From the NCBI GenBank assembly GCA_000002445.1, contig CP000069.1, positions 1,554,916-1,618,915 on the forward strand: 64,000 bases of DNA, in the 5' to 3' direction. Both the position numbers and the translations under genes were made by a program. This document shows positions 24,662 to 36,137 of this stretch, one piece after another. How positions within the stretch are numbered: the stretch's first letter is position 1; the number at the start of each line of letters is the position of its first letter. The notes beneath the pieces were generated by a model. That model searched no databases. It worked only from the letters and a program-made list of their open reading frames with translations, and was not told the origin of the DNA. Source of the DNA: Trypanosoma brucei. Its lineage: Eukaryota.

Positions 24662-26163
24662 TCACAAACTCACAAAAGAAGTAGCGATGAGATTAAATTT
24701 ATTTTTCACAAGAAACCTACCAGATCGAAATTTGTCCGTATACTTATCTCTGTCCCCTTCACTTTCCTTTTCCACAGTTAATGTTTTTGCCACCCTTTTT
24801 GACTGCCTAACATGCGTTCTTGGCTTGATAACTAGAGCAACTTTCCCCTGATGTTTTATCCCCGTCTTTATTTAAATCTGTTTTGTCTTCTGTGTTTATT
24901 TGGTCTTGTGTGTTTTTATTTGTTGAATCGAGATTGTCGCTTTTTGTGACGGCTGCAAGCCTTTTTAGGGTATTGTTCGCTTATTCCGCTGTGGTTATGC
25001 TGTCTATGTCTACCGTTTGCACTTTTTTATACTTGAAAACATTAACTTTTTTATTTTGAACAAGATTCGTAAACTTTTAGGTGTGCGCTTCTGTATCTTT
25101 GCCATATGTCTCTTTTAGAAAGTTAACCAGGGCGGCGTTGTTATGTGCCTTTATCGGGTCTGTTAGCTGTTGAAATAGGGGGAGGAATCTGCTTACAGCT
25201 TTTTGGATGGTGCTGTCTTGCGATAGAGTCAGCCCATCTAAAGCCGGAAGCTTGTGGGTCTTTGGCGTGTGTTTCAAGGCTGTGCATATTATGTGTCCGT
25301 AGTATTTTTTGTGATCATCGGTTTTAGTTTCAGAGGCATTTGCTGTATTGCATTGTTTGCTTTTATCGCCTTCCGTGTACATTTCTAGTTTTAAATGCAG
25401 GTCCGTCAGTTTTGAGAGCTGATTCCCTGTTTTTGTTAGTGTTGGGTTGAGGTTAGTCATGTCGACCTGCGTGCAGGCGGTTATTGCTGCGCTGAGGTGG
25501 TTGGCTTGTCTGTGCTGCCGGTGCAGCTGCCGCCGAATTTCAGTGTGAGAGTTGTGTCTGGCAGTGCTGTGTGCAGCTTGTCGGCGTCTAGGTACGGTAG
25601 TTTCAGCAGTTCGGCGGGTTTCGGTACGTGCCCGCTTATTTTACCGTGTCTGAGCGACGTTGCCGGTTCGCAGTGCAGAGTGGTTCGCATCTTCCCTGTT
25701 ACTTCCGCCTTTACTGTGTGCACTTGGTCGAATAAGCGCTTCGCGTTGGTTGGTGTGTTGACGGCGTGGTCGCTGTTAGCTAGTGCAATAGCTGCCGACG
25801 CCACTTGTAGCTGTGGCTGTACTTCTTGAATCGCGAGGCTAACTGTTCGTTCGGCCGCTTGTTGTTGCGCTTCTTCGGCTTCTAATATTTCTTCTGCTTT
25901 TGCATCCTCGTGGAGATTAGGCAACTTTCTGTATCGTCTGTTGTTGCGGCTGAGGCCAATCTGTACCTCAGTTTCTCCTGTCGCAAGGCTTTCAGGTTGG
26001 CATCGTCGTGGGACAGTTTGCGTTGGAGATTTTTCTTTCAATTTGTTGAGGTAAAATTAAAGGTGGCACAGGTTCGAGGTGCTACTGCAGCCTGTTCCTC
26101 TTCTGTAGACGCAGGTACTGCGAGCTTCGATGCCAGAAGAAGTAAAACCAAGTATATGTTCAT
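24662..26163 (-). pseudogene. Atypical or degenerate VSG-like pseudogene. The signal peptide is followed by a stop, the N-terminal domain is divergent across two ORFs, and a recognisable GPI-signal tail remains.
   Basis: The signal region reads MNIYLVLLLLASKLAVPAS...TN*. The ORFs are 25481-26041 and 25077-25460. The tail is '...DKFRSGRFLVKNKFNLIATSFVSL*' at 24662. The C-terminal region lacks the usual cysteines. Confidence 0.5.
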
Positions 26164-26639
26164 GTTGGGCGCTGCCGACTTTTTTGTAGTGCTTATGTTG
26201 CGTGCAGGCTGGAGCGTGCGGTGCTACCTAGCGTTGACTGGGGGTGATGAATGATTCAAATGAAGGAAAAAAGAGGAGAGTTTTAGACTATGCATCTTGT
26301 CTCTTCACTGAAAGTGCGATTGCTTGATTTAGGTTGTGCTTCTTTTGTTTACATTGTTCCTTGGTTATTTAAAATTATAAGGTACAATCTTTCGTTTAAC
26401 ATGCTTCTCTGTCTGTATGCTATATTGTAAAGCTGCTACAGTAGATTTGGTTCTTTTAATAGTTGCCACAAAGGCAGTTATTTCATCTAAATAATCTCAA
26501 TTTTTATATTTAACTGATGCCATTCTATATCGATGTATAAAACATTTATCATTTATTGTCTTTGTGTGCTGGTAATGCAGTTCAGCTTTTGATTTCTGTA
26601 TTTATCTTCAATTAAGGTTCAGAGCCGGCACCTCTGTCG

Positions 26640-27460
26640 TACATATTTTCTTCAGTATTTTTTCACTGTTATCCTGGCTTAATGATTTTTGTTCTCGGTG
26701 CACGTTTTCCAGCTGCCGCCATGGAAGTTTTCTACTGCGAAGCCACACGGCGACTTGCCGGTGGTGGTTGCATCCGTCACACACAAACAAAAAAAGTCGT
26801 GTACCAAACTCATTTCTGCGTGTGGATGTTTGCAGCCGTTGTTTCTTTCACTGCCTTTGCCGTGGCCAGCATTTGGCCCGCCTTCTACCTTGGTTTTGCC
26901 ACCGCCAAACTTGGCGTTAGTTAGCTTTTGCGTCGCTGGGAATTTGTCGGGTTCGCCGCGTTATCGGCTTTCTGATTGAGTTGGTTGTCGGTTGCCGTTG
27001 CCTCCGCTTCGATGTCTTGTAGTGTTGCGCTGAACCCTGATGCTGCTTTGTTCCTACGTTGACTTTCTGATAGTGACTTGAATTTTAAATCTTGAGCTTG
27101 TTTCGCCGCTTTTTTGACAGTTCGCCATTTTCCCCTGTACGCTTTGCACTCATTATGTTTGTATTTTTGTTGGCTGCATGTTTTTTGAGCGGCGGCCGCC
27201 TCGTACGCGATGTCGTCTGCAGGTACGATGGTGATATTTTTCGCATTTGTCGTTGCCGCTACAATTTCTCATATTTCGTTGATTACTGTGCTTGGAACCG
27301 CTATTTTTAGATATGCTTCGCTGATTTTGCCGGATGACTGCCGTTCAAGAACACACAGTGTTGCAAAATCTGCCACGTTGATGCCGTCCGCTCGTGCAGC
27401 CTCGCAGCGAAACATACTACTGCGTAACGACAAAGCTAGCGCCAGTATGATATTAATCAT
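26640..27460 (-). pseudogene. VSG: VSG 5' fragment: signal peptide plus ~270 codons of N-terminal domain with internal stops. No C-terminal domain follows.
   Basis: The signal-peptide ORF (27269-27460) reads 'MINIILALALSL...NVADFATLCVLE'. The continuation reads '...EAAAAQKTCSQQKYKHNECKAYRGKWRTVKKAA...', which resembles other N-terminal domains in the window. Confidence 0.6.
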
Positions 27461-28731
27461 GTCTTCAGTTACTTGCCTGCTGAGGTAAACTTAAAGAAAG
27501 CGTCTCTAGTGTTTGTAAGTAAATGATATGCCTGTTATAGAATTACGCATCATGTTAATGCTCTCACAAACCACTAACCTATTGGCAATCACTACTATTG
27601 GAAGCTTCGGCATGCTTTTGTTGGACCACCAAAAGTGTCCTTTGCGCATTTTCTGGTGGCGCTTCTTGTTATAGCCGGTTTTTTATGGTCGTTCTTTATC
27701 TCCGTTGTCGGAAACGTAGTTTTTCATGAAGGATCAATCAAATCAAAGTAAAGTAAGATGCGCAGATGCTTTTGGTCTGCTCTATATGCAGCATAGGAAC
27801 ACTGTCTGTTTTCTCTGCTGCAAACGAGCAACCTTTTACGCTTCCGCACTTAACGAAGGTATTTCTTTAGAACCCTGCGGGTTGTGTGCTTAGTTTTTTG
27901 TTTTGCGACTCAGTTTCGCTGATCGGCTATTGTTTAATATTACTTTGTCTGCCTCGGCAAGCTTTTTTGTTGCTTGCTTCTACATTGGCCGCTTTTAAGA
28001 ATGGAACTACCGATATATATATATATATATATATATCTGTCGCGTTTTGTCAATAAATCTTGTCAAATCTCATCTTATACAATTACAATCGTATAATTTG
28101 TTACTCTTCTGTCATGCTTTGCTACCCGTTTTATTTTACGCTCGGTGTGATTGCTTCAGCCTCTTCTTCTCATTAAACTTTAAAAAAGGACGCTTTTAGG
28201 CTTATAATTTCCCACTTCAACTTACAAGTTATACTATATTCATCTCTACTTGCTTCTATTAGTCGCTCAATTTACCCTTTCATCCATTAAAATATTGCAT
28301 TTTGAGGTATGCCTGGAAATTAAAATCGTATGGTTATTAAACTTCTTTATTTGGCGCTAATTTTTTGTTTATAGATGCGAATTGAGAAATATCCAAGTAC
28401 TGCCGTTTCTTCTACCAAACATAACTGATTTTTTGTCTCTTTCATTCTGTGTTACTGTATTTCGCTGTCTATTAAGACTGAATAATTTTGCTCCAGAACT
28501 ATCTTCATTTCTGGTTCTTCTCTATTAATAAGTGGTCGTTACCTGCGGGTTACCGCCGACTTTCATGAAACTTATTCGGCCCTTAATAGTGTTAGCGGCT
28601 GCCAATTTTGAAAGTTATCGTGTAGCTGAACTGCGGTAGTACCTTCGCTGGTTCAGTTTTTGATGCGTATTGCAGTTTTTTCCACAGCTTGCTTCCTACG
28701 GCTGTCGGTTTTGTTGTTTGTTCATCCACAT

Positions 28732-29292
28732 TCATTTTCGCGCCTTTTCACGTTTGCACATTTGGTCTGCTTGTGTCGGAATGCCGTGTTGGACGTTAAT
28801 TTTGGCCTGTGTCCCTTGTTGGAACGGATGGCTTTGCACAGAATATGTAGGCTGCGCAGCTAAATGAACTCCCATCAAATAACCATGTCGCTTTTGCAGC
28901 AGTCCGCTAGCTTTTTGAATCGCCGTGAGTCGGGCTTGGTGTTGGGTTATCGCCTCGATCCCAGCGGCTGCTGCTACTTCGTCGGTAGCCGTAAGTGTTG
29001 GACTTTTTCCGCTGTCGCTTTCTTTTGCTGCTTGTAGGCGCCATATTGCTGGCTGCGTTAGTATTTCCTTCGCATTAGTTGCTGTTTCTGTTGCCTTTTG
29101 CGTATAGGCCTTTGCTTCCGCCAGCGAGAACGCTGCTTCAAGGCACGGTGTTGTCACTTTTGTATGCTCTACATCGCCTGTTGTGTCTGTGACTGCTGCT
29201 GCTGTTACAGATGCTATGAGTAGAATTACACTGCTTTTGAGTTCGTAGGAGGTGTGCATCTTCCGCTGCCTTACACATCTCTGTGGCTGCAT
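28732..29292 (-). pseudogene. VSG: VSG N-terminal fragment (186-aa ORF) truncated at its 3' side. AT-rich non-coding DNA with a (TA)13 tract at 28010-28035 follows.
   Basis: The signal-like region is 'MHTSYELKSSVILLIASVTAAAVT'. The 'LAEAKAYTQKATETATNAKE...' coiled-coil region resembles VSG N-terminal domains. Confidence 0.55.
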
Positions 29293-31364
29293 AGGCGCTG
29301 GTAGAGAGATTTTATCACTCTTTTATATTGGAGAGTATTATCAACGCCTGGTGTATCGTTGAGGCTTCTGCTCCCAGTTTCTCTCAATCTTCTTCCAGGT
29401 TATTGCTGTTATTTTTTTCTTGGTAGTCGGCTACAGCTTCAAGCCTGCTAAGGTTAATTTAGGAGAAAAATGTACGTTAGATGTTGAGTTCAGCTGTTTT
29501 CTTTGATTTGCCGAGTTGGCTGTTGCAAAAGGTTAGAAATACAGAAAGCTGTAAAGATCATAAAATTAATTTAGGAAATGTACACACATCACTATTTTTT
29601 ACTGTCCGGTTGGATACAGTTGCATTATTAATAGTTTCCTTATTTTCATCTACTGGAGCTGAAATTTAAGCTGTTTTCACGTCTTTAATTAGGCGTTTGT
29701 TAGAACAAAAATGCATGCTTTCATGTGATAACTCTTTCAACATTCCTAATAGTAGGAGTCACTAAAACTAATTGCTTTTACACTATTTTGTGGTTCAAAA
29801 AAGCTGTTATCGCCGTTTTTTGTTTTTTGTTTGGATCCGCTATTCTGCTCGGTGTTGCTCTGTTTAAATTTTCTGCTCATTGTTGAAGCTTTTGTCGTAG
29901 CTCGGTGCACCGGTGCAAATGAATGCTTGTCCTTTCATAGTCAGTATCATTTTTGCTATTGAGGGACTAACTTTTAAACGAATTATGCGGTCTTTCTCAG
30001 CTTCCTTTTCAACGATAAATTGATGTGTATTCACAATAACACTTTAGGTTGATATATGCGTTCTACGAATAACTCGTGAGAGAATATTGAAAATGGTGCG
30101 CTTGGTCGCCATCTAAATGTGCAGCCTTTTTGCTATAACATTATTTTATTCATTTCTTTTCGGATATTTTGTCACAATTTATAAATATAAAAATAATGCA
30201 AATACTTAAATTATCACCCAAAATGATTGTTTTTTTCATATGGTCAAGTTGTAAAAAGGTCGGTTTCACGATAAAAACTCACAGAAATAATGAAAGATAA
30301 TTCACCTAAATTTCGTTTTAAGACAAGTTTTCGCTTTAAGGTCTAATCTATATCATCTTATATCTATATCTAAAACACCTAATATTTATGGCTGTTGTGT
30401 GCCTCTATGGCAGTACAACTCTCGTTGTGCGGTTTCACCTTAAATGACTATATAATTCTGACTTTTCTGCCTCACGCATGTTCTTTGTTACTTTTTTACT
30501 TTGTCCTTTTATCCTGCTTTATTGTCGATCTCTTTAGTTTTTTCTTGGCAGTTGCGGCATTATTCCACTAATTTGCTTTGACAGGTGTGATTATACTCCA
30601 TCAATAACGCATTAGCATGTATGCTTATATGAATTAGACGCTCCTTGAACTGGTAAAGCGGTTTTGTCATTGAGCCAGTAGGTGAGAGGCAGTGTATTAT
30701 TTTAAACTTTCTTTTCTTCATAAAAGTTCATCGGGACATGCATACATGCGCTACTTTAATAGTTCCTGCGTTTCTATTGTTATTTTCCTACGGTCAGTAA
30801 TCTGTTCAAAGTCCTGGTATTAACACTATCTTCTCGACAATATTATACATTTTCTCATAAATCTGATTAATTATCGCTATATCTTTTGAGAGAACCTCGA
30901 TATTACCTAACACTAACCTAATCTCCTCAATCTACCCGGGCATCTTTTCACCTTCCGACGTTATGGTCTGCGAGCACTTCTGCTGTTGCACCTATCCATT
31001 TTTCTGAGAAATAAAGGCTTTCACCACCTCTTCTTCTTATTTCTCTTGATGTGTTATATTTCTCTCAGCTGTTTTGCGTTATATATTGTGTCATTTTATT
31101 CCGTATTTTTTCTCCTTTTATCACTTGTTACGCGGACAACTTACCGACTCTATCGTCCATATAAATTGCACTCTGCTTGTTTTTCGTTTTCCCTTACATC
31201 ACCTGCTTAATTATGATGATTATCAGAGACATCACTGTGTTTAAATAAGCGCATATTATATATCTATTCCTTTTTTGTGCGTCTCCTCAAAAAAATATAT
31301 TCCTCTTCTACTCCCGCTCTCACCCATATTTCATCCTCGAAATTGGTTTACACTTTTTTACTTT

Positions 31365-31430
31365 AGACACACACTAGGTTTCACAACACTCTCCTATCAT
31401 TATTACCATTATTATTATCATTATAGGCCT
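31365..31430 (-). repeat. 70-bp repeat unit.
   Basis: The sequence reads 'cacacactaggtttcacaacactctcctatcattattaccattattattatcattat'. Confidence 0.7.
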
Positions 31431-31699
31431 AACTTTCATGTATTTAACAACCATAATAAGCGAAACTCAATGTTTTTCATAATTTCACTGATTTTTCATA
31501 CCATAACTCTTTATAATTGTTTACATATAGGCTATTTTCATACATTTAAAAATTTCACATCTCGCAAAATTTTTACAAAAGTGTTAAAATATATCAAATT
31601 TTCGAAAAAATTTCAAAATTGCAAATTTCATAAATTTAATTGAATTTAAGTGGAGAATTTTAAAACATCGCACTCACAAAGCAGAAGCCATCATGATTA

Positions 31700-31990
31700 A
31701 TTGTTTATTGATCATTAAACTGAAATCACGGCATTTATAAATGGACTTATTAGATCCATCACTATTTTCTCCTTTCCAGCCTCAAATACTGAGGGCAGAA
31801 GGTGCAAATCCTTTGTTTTCATCCTCATAAGCTTGTTGATTAGTGCCATGTTGGGTACACCTATCTTCTTCCCTAATCTTTCCCTCCTTCTTTTACTGTT
31901 TCTTTTGCTGTTGCGTTTTTCCATCCTCACTCAATGTGCACTTTTTACCATCGTTTTCTTTAGGATTGAAAACGCGCAACTGGAAGTGGA
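31700..31990 (-). pseudogene. VSG: VSG 3' fragment: C-terminal-domain remnant plus degenerate GPI signal, with its 3'-UTR 16-mer at 31581-31596.
   Basis: Minus-strand translation reads '...FNPKENDGKKCTLSEDGKTQQQKKQ*'. The 'GKKCTLSE' motif is shared with the C-terminal domains at ~14070 and ~21480. The tail reads '...LISPFINAVISV*'. Confidence 0.55.
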
Positions 31991-32290
31991 GCGGCTTTAG
32001 AGTCACCTTCCAGTAACAGATGGCGCAGTTGTTCCTTAACTGCTGATCGTGATAATCTCCTACTTTAGAATAACTTTCCCTTCAGATTATTTGTGCTTTT
32101 GAAGAAAATCGTATCGCGCAGTGAAACTGCCACACTCCAGCGTTTAAAAAAATTAAAAAATTTTACAAAAACAAAAAACCGAAAAAAAGAAGATAAAAAA
32201 TAGAAAAATCAATAAAAAAATTTTAAAATGTAAAGAATGAAAAAAAAAATTAAACCCCGCTGGAAAAAAGTAAAAATGTAAGGGGGGGAA
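31990..32290 (+). mobile_element. Possible 3' end of a retroposon. A ~120-bp non-VSG block is followed by a long irregular A-rich tail. The ingi/RIME-type assignment is tentative.
   Basis: The block 'ctggaagtggagcggctttagagtcaccttccagtaacagatggcgcag...gcagtgaaactgccacactccagcgttt' is followed by 'aaaaaaattaaaaaatt...aaaaaaccgaaaaaaag...gaaaaaaaaaattaaa'. It is unlike any VSG flank elsewhere in the window. Confidence 0.3.
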
Positions 32291-32368
32291 AGCAGCTCAA
32301 TGTGGAAGAGAAGTGAAGGAACCTTAAGTTCGACAAACAAAAAAGGCGAATTGGCTGCTAGAGGAATA

Positions 32369-32380
32369 AGGGTTAGGGTC
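32369..32380 (+). repeat. Telomere-like hexamer pair (AGGGTTAGGGTC) on the + strand.
   Basis: The sequence is seen directly. It is inverted relative to the block at 32484-32506. Confidence 0.6.
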
Positions 32381-32483
32381 TCCATCAAGAAAGAGCGGTA
32401 GCACAATTGAAAAATAAAAGATCAAAAGTCGTGACGCTTCACTGCTAGTAAAGAAAACAACATATTAGTAAGAGGAGAAATAT

Positions 32484-32506
32484 CCCTAACCCTAACCCTT
32501 ACCCTC
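32484..32506 (-). repeat. Interstitial telomere-like repeats. The gene (minus) strand reads GAGGGTAAGGGTTAGGGTTAGGG, ~110 bp downstream of the 16-mer of the VSG at 32658-34182.
   Basis: The + strand reads 'ccctaaccctaacccttaccctc'. On the gene strand the G-rich strand runs 5'->3' away from the VSG, as at a telomeric VSG. Confidence 0.7.
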
Positions 32507-32657
32507 AAAAAAAAATTCAAGAGAAGAAAAGGAGAAAAATGTTAGCCATCGACAAAATAATTCACATGCGCAGACAGCCAAAAAAATAATGATATTATTT
32601 CCGGGGAACTTACGTGTTAAAATATTTCAAATTCAAGCAAGAAAAGTTGAGGGTATA

Positions 32658-34182
32658 TTAAAAAAGCATGGCCAACAAAGCAGCAGCCATACTCAGAGCC
32701 AATTTCTGATTCAGAAGAAAACTAGAAGAGCGGCACTTTTTTGTCTCTTTATCATCTTCACCATCTTTTCCCTTCCTCCATGCACAATTTTGCTTATCTC
32801 CTGTTTTGTCATTTTCAGAATCATGTTGATTTTGGTGCCTTGCACACCGAGATGAATCTGCTCTTGTTCCTGCTGCTGTTGGTGCTGATCTTGCTTTGGG
32901 TTTGTATTTTTTTTTTGCATCATAGTCACGGCCAGCCTTGTTGCAGTTATCTGGGCTAGCATGGTGTTTGTCGCATTCTTGTTTAATGCTAAGTTGCTTA
33001 CCTTCCCCTGGAGTTCCTGCTCTTGGTGAGCCGGCTGTTGCCTCCACTGCGTGGTTGCGGCCGTACTCGTGTTCGGCTTGTTTGGATAGGTTGTCTATGT
33101 CTTTTATAAGAAGCTGCTTTTGTGCCACTTGTTGCTTGTATTCGGAAAATAGTTTCTTTGCTGTTAGTAGATGCCCGATCCAGGCTATTTTCTAAAACCT
33201 TGTTGTGCCATCTTTGATCTGGTCCGTGTATTCAACGCAGACAATTGATGTCCCCGTGCAGACGTTGCCGTTGACTGTTCGGCCTATCCCGATCTTGTTC
33301 TGGTTGTCTGCTAACTGTCCCAGCTGGCCTAGAGATGCTGCTAGTGCGAGCGTTATGCCTTCATCCAGTTGCTTACCTAGATTCGTTTTGGGGCATTTGC
33401 TTATAAGAGTTTCTAGAGCAAATGCGTTAAGGTTGCTTCCTGTTAAGACGGTTCCTGCTATGTTGGTTCCTCCAGCACAGCTGTCCTGGTCATTGGTTAC
33501 TGCGCACAGAAAAAACATGTCGAACGCTATTGATTTTCCGGCGTTTTCTTTTGTGCACTGCAGCACCTTGGTTGTCGCCGTGTTGATGTCGCTACATACT
33601 GGGGCGGCTGCGGTGCCGATTAATGTTCCTGAGCAGAAAGCTTTGGTTAGTGCGTTGTTTATTGCGTTTCCGAGGGATTTACCGGTGCTGTCTCGGGGCT
33701 CCGTGTTTAGTTGTTCGAGCAAGTTCTGTGCTTCCTGGGTTGACATGTTTATGATGCTTATTTGGTAGTCTTTTAGGTTGCTGTTATGCTTGGGCCTGTC
33801 TTTGGCGTTCCAGTCGCTCGTCGGGTTGTTAACCGCCTCCGCGGCTGTTAGCCACCGCGACCATTGTTTTGACCAGTCCAGTCCTTTGGTTGAGTCGCTA
33901 TTGGCCTGCTTATACTTGCCCCACCCCTGTTTTGCCTCGGCTTTTTCAAACATTTTCCTCCAATCCGCTGGTGCTACCGACATGTTCAGCTTCAGTAGGC
34001 TGTCATAGCTTGGTGGCGCCGGCATTGGTGAGCAAGCAGGTAATTTCATGTTTTGAGTTACGTCGCATGCCAAGCAAAGGGAATGAAATGGGGCCTGGGC
34101 GCCCTTTGTCGGCTGGTTCACACAGGGGAGTTATCAGCAACGCCATTAGCGGCAGAAAGTATGGAGTTACACGCATCACCAT
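32658..34182 (-). pseudogene. VSG: VSG pseudogene. The signal-peptide frame, the 309-aa N-terminal-domain ORF (33192-34121) and the C-terminal-domain and GPI ORF (32658-33128) are in different frames.
   Basis: The signal-peptide region reads 'MRVTPYFLPLMALLITPLCEPADKG'. The N-terminal domain reads '...LLKLNMSVAPADWRKMFEKAEAK...' and is paralogous to the VSGs at 44688-46264 and 8808-10296. The C-terminus reads '...KKCRSSSFLLNQKLALSMAAALLAMLF*'. Confidence 0.8.
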
Positions 34183-34361
34183 CTTTATCTTTGTGAAAAA
34201 ACATTTAGGGCCGTTGTGTAATTTAGCGTTGGCGCCTGAAGATTTGTCGAGTTTACGAAACTTCTCAGTGGCGATGAGAGCTTGTTTAAAGGAAGTTTTT
34301 GATTTAGTCATGTGCTGCAGTGTGAGAGAATTCGGTTGTGTTAGATTTAAGTCACAACTTC

Positions 34362-35300
34362 TTAGCCTTGACAAAATCTTTTTCTACAACTGCGGCTCCA
34401 CAAATACTCCATATTCAATATACCATTTCCCACCATATATCCCATAACTTTGAATTTCCCCCAATGGTTCGTATTAAATTTCCTTCTCTCAAATTCTCTA
34501 TAACAACTAAGATTTTTTACAATAAGCTTTGCTTTTTCCTCCAATGCAATTAGTTGTTGTGTAAAATGAATGAATGGCGCCTCTTCGACTTCACTATGTG
34601 GAATAGTAAAAAATCTCTCATCAAAACTAATCGCTGAGCAACAGCTTCTTCCTGAATTGCACTCCATATTAGCAAAGATTTATAAATACTTTGTTACGAC
34701 CATTATTCTTCACTTCCTTTCGATAGGTCTTTAAAATCTAATTCAAATTTCTTAAACGCCAACTCTCTCGCTATCAAGCCAACACCACTAAGACAGTGTT
34801 TGCCACAAGAATTAGACTTCAGAAAATGAGGTATTTTTTATCCTATTCTTTCCTGTATCCAATATTTAAAAACAATACACATTTCTCCAACGCTCTTTGT
34901 GATCTGAATTATCGAGCAACTCTAACTGAGATGCATAACACTCTGATGTTGTCATGAATATAATAGTGTAAATTTGTTTCTCTTTGATGACATCTTCTTC
35001 ACTACCTTTTTCGTCATTAGCTGCACTATTTTGTATAACATATTCCACAGCATTCAAATACTTATCATGTTCGGATATTATATCAGCCGGTCCATCAACA
35101 GTAATGACAATATCCTCATCACTTGCATTCTGTTTTTCTAAAAATTCCATAACCCATCTAGGCCTTTTAATATGACTATACAACCATCCCATTTCAATTG
35201 TAATAATTTCAACATTTCTTACTTTGGCACTCAATATGAGTCTACACCATTCTTTAGTTGCATGAGTTTGTCACTACAACCACAAATACTCTTTGTTTTC
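34362..35300 (-). pseudogene. Fragmented pseudogene of a subtelomeric gene family, copy A, abutting the VSG start. It carries a DxD-type motif ('NASDEDIVITVDG') that suggests a UDP-sugar glycosyltransferase-like protein, but its identity is not confirmed.
   Basis: ORF 34866-35234 reads '...VEIITIEMGWLYSHIKRPRWVMEFLEKQNASDEDIVITVDGPADIISEHDKYLNAVEYVIQNSA...'. ORF 34362-34667 reads '...EAPFIHF...KLIVKNLSCYREFERRK...'. Both ORFs are paralogous to 46383-47420. Confidence 0.45.
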
Positions 35301-35834
35301 TCATGGTAATTCTGTGTTTGATTTGCCGTTGTTTCTCTTCAAGAGATATTGAGCTTAAATAAACTAAATGAAGCAAAAGTACAAAAATACTAAACTTAGT
35401 GCCCTAATCTATCTTTAAAATTTGATAGGGTTATAAGAAAAACTTATAAAAGCTTAATAAAAAATACAGTTTGGCCACTAATGTCTTTACATAAGCAATC
35501 CCTTGACATTGTTGTGATACAGCTGTTGAAGGGTCTGTACTTAGTGTTGGTGTCTTCCATTTGAGAAATCATTTACATTCTTTTAGTTTAAGAAGATAGC
35601 TTCAATTTCACCTAGTTAAGCACACTAATCTTTGACTATAACTCATTATCACCTCCATCATATCTTCGTTTACGATGAGATCCAATTGTCATATCGATGT
35701 TTAAATCCGCATATATTCAACATAAATGAGTCTTTTTTCCCCTTCCTCTCTCACTTACTCATTTACTTGTTGTTCACCGTTACCATTATTTTAAATGCTT
35801 TTATTTTTTCGTTGACTTAGTGTTCTTCACCGCT

Positions 35835-35905
35835 TATATTGTATTATTATTATGCACACTCACATCGGTTACTCATATTAATATTATTATAGTTTATATT
35901 ATAAT
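35835..35905 (-). repeat. 70-bp repeat unit, upstream of the module at 34362-35300 and its VSG.
   Basis: The sequence reads 'attattattatgcacactcacatcggttactcatattaatattattatagtttatattataattc'. Confidence 0.65.
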
Positions 35906-36137
35906 TCTAAGTAATATCATAAAAAACATAAAATAAACTACAAAAAACCCAATTAGAATAGCACTAATTTTTTATGCTCTATCACTGTTTTACTTTACAC
36001 TCAGAGGCCGATGTTACACGAATTTTTCTAAATTTTAAAATTTACGTTAAAAAGTGTTAAAATAGAAGACATTCTTATATTATAAAGCAGATTTTATTAA
36101 CTTCATAAAATTGAGCAAAAATATTTTATAAATTTAA

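Noticed and set aside
32369-32506. The telomere-like repeats as a true chromosome end or an assembly chimera at a telomere.
   Set aside because: Only 2-4 degenerate hexamers are present per block and VSG-array sequence continues on both sides. They are interstitial telomere-like repeats, not a telomere.
34362-35300. Naming the paralogous upstream pseudogene family ESAG3 or a specific glycosyltransferase.
   Set aside because: Only a short DxD-like motif and mutual paralogy are visible, so the family assignment needs a database search.
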